From Squalus acanthias (lineage: Eukaryota), in contig CM059431.1 in NCBI GenBank assembly GCA_030390025.1, positions 95,110,001 to 95,174,000 of the forward strand: a DNA stretch of 64,000 bases, in the 5' to 3' direction. Shown here one piece after another: positions 62,720 through 64,000 of this stretch. Within the stretch, counting starts at the first letter, position 1. Each line of letters begins with the position of its first letter. The translations under genes were made by a program, and so were the position numbers. A model generated the notes under the pieces. It saw only the letters and a program-made list of their open reading frames with translations. It made no database searches and was not told the origin of the DNA.

Positions 62720-63094
62720 AAAGAGACTTCTTGCTACCTTTGAAACCCTATGGCGTGAACAGCCTTGGAGAAGCCATCTTTATGATTCCTCATTAACATT
62801 CACGCTAACTTTTAGACATGGGGCTAATGTGCGAAACTCTGTACGTTTGATTAGGGTGTTTAAGATAAATATTCAACGATAATAAATGAAGCGAATTATC
62901 AGACATATTACTGTCTCTAGTTGCATGAATCTGTTTAAAAATGGTAAAGGACTTATCTAACAGTTTGGCAGCGTCAGGCAGGAGATAAGACTAGTAATTG
63001 TTTGAATGTCAAATCTGGGCTGGGACAGCTCTGATTTAGTAAGAACCATATGGTAGTAAAAGCGATAAAGTTGTTCTTCTCGGATATTTGAACA

Positions 63095-63740
63095 ATGAAT
63101 AAATTAGAGGAGTATGTAGCCCAATATCTCGCAAAGGATGGTGGTGGATCCCTAAAGATTGGAGGTCTTATGGGTAAAGCAAATCCCCTAGGCTGATTGG
63201 TGGAGATACTTAAGAAGATTTTTTTTAGCAAACCCAGGAAGGACCGAACTAAGTCTGCGAAAATACAAAGATTGTTTACTGTGGTCAGAGCTTTGTCAGA
63301 TACAAATAAAGGTTTAGAAAAAGAGTGTAAGATGTTGAAAGATATCTCCAAGAAGGAACAGGAGGAGAAGGAACAATTGTTCGGGCAAACAATGTTATCT
63401 GTGTGGAAGCTTTGATAGAGAGAAGTCAAAAATGTGTTGGAACGAAGTGTACTGGAATTGCAGAATAATCTGGGTGAGGTAGAATTAGAGAGAGATAACA
63501 TGAAGAGTAGCTTTAGATAAACGATACAAACCTACAGGAATTAGGGCCGAGGGACTCACAACATACGGTTTCAGTTTTAGATGCCGAGCCGGTATCATTA
63601 AAAGAGACCCCTCCTCCATCTTACCATCAACCCAATCTCTATCTCTTGTCTACCACGCTCAGTCGGCAAGTTGCTCAGGCAGATGATTGCAATGATACCA
63701 GGCAGACCACCACCGTAACCCGACACCTTAAGCCTGAGAA
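63095..63740 (+). pseudogene. Decayed gag-like ORF (helical/coiled-coil N-terminus, PPxY motif)
   Basis: MNKLEEYVAQYLAK...LEKECKMLKDISKKEQEEKE with stops; after a frameshift ETPPPSYHQPNLYLL (63604-63648). Confidence 0.55.
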
Positions 63741-63746
63741 AATATT

Positions 63747-64000
63747 GGGGGCGATTATCAGCAGCATGTTCAGGCACTGAAGAGTCTCCGAGGTGGCCAA
63801 GGTGGGGTCTTGAGCTGAAACGTCGGTTTAGCATGGTAAAGGAGTTGAAGCCTGTGCTAGGAACAGCCGCCCAGAGGCTCGTTAAGGGGGTGATTGCCAC
63901 TTAAAATGCCTGTTATCGCTCATTAAGTAGGCTGCATGGCATTTTGGTGGCTAGTGCTTCAACTAACGCCCTCTCCTAACAGCAACCAGCTGTTTGGGAG
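63747..64000. mobile_element. Possible start of another Harbinger-type MITE
   Basis: ATT followed by GGGGGCGATTAT, like other local termini; partner TIR would lie outside the window. Confidence 0.35.

Larger units (their letters stand above)
61907..63745 (+). mobile_element. 5' end of an LTR retroelement (ERV- or Gypsy-like): LTR 61907-62962 (MITE inside), PBS-like 62966-62983, decayed gag
   Basis: TGTAA starts exactly where the CR1 breaks; AATAAA ~62881; ...CTAACA end; TGGCAGCGTCAGGCAGGA three bases later. Confidence 0.65.

Overview
Eukaryotic repeat-dominated DNA, most likely a cartilaginous fish (inferred from the CR1, DeuSINE, Penelope and Harbinger families present). No host protein-coding gene, rRNA, genuine tRNA or CRISPR array is supportable. 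Bases 1-14.86 kb are a C-rich ~22-bp tandem satellite (GATTACTGACCCCCCCAGCCCC) with kb-scale higher-order duplications. The rest is a nested stack of transposons: many CR1 LINE pieces (one 5'-truncated copy has an open 704-codon RT frame), an L2 fragment, a tRNA-headed LINE, DeuSINE-like SINEs, Penelope pieces with minimal hammerhead ribozyme motifs, decayed two-gene PIF/Harbinger elements, several Harbinger-type MITEs, a Tigger-like MITE, solo or partial LTRs, and the 5' end of an LTR retroelement (LTR, PBS-like site, decayed gag). Best leads: (i) a 227-bp non-coding Penelope insertion made of an 88-bp perfect fold-back with an intact hammerhead core and a 12-bp TSD; (ii) a MITE family pairing promoter-like motifs with a co-oriented run of consensus splice donors; (iii) a LINE with a tRNA-derived 5' head; (iv) a possible MITE origin of the satellite. 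All calls were made by eye without database searches, so novelty is unverified and boundaries are approximate unless TIRs or TSDs are quoted.
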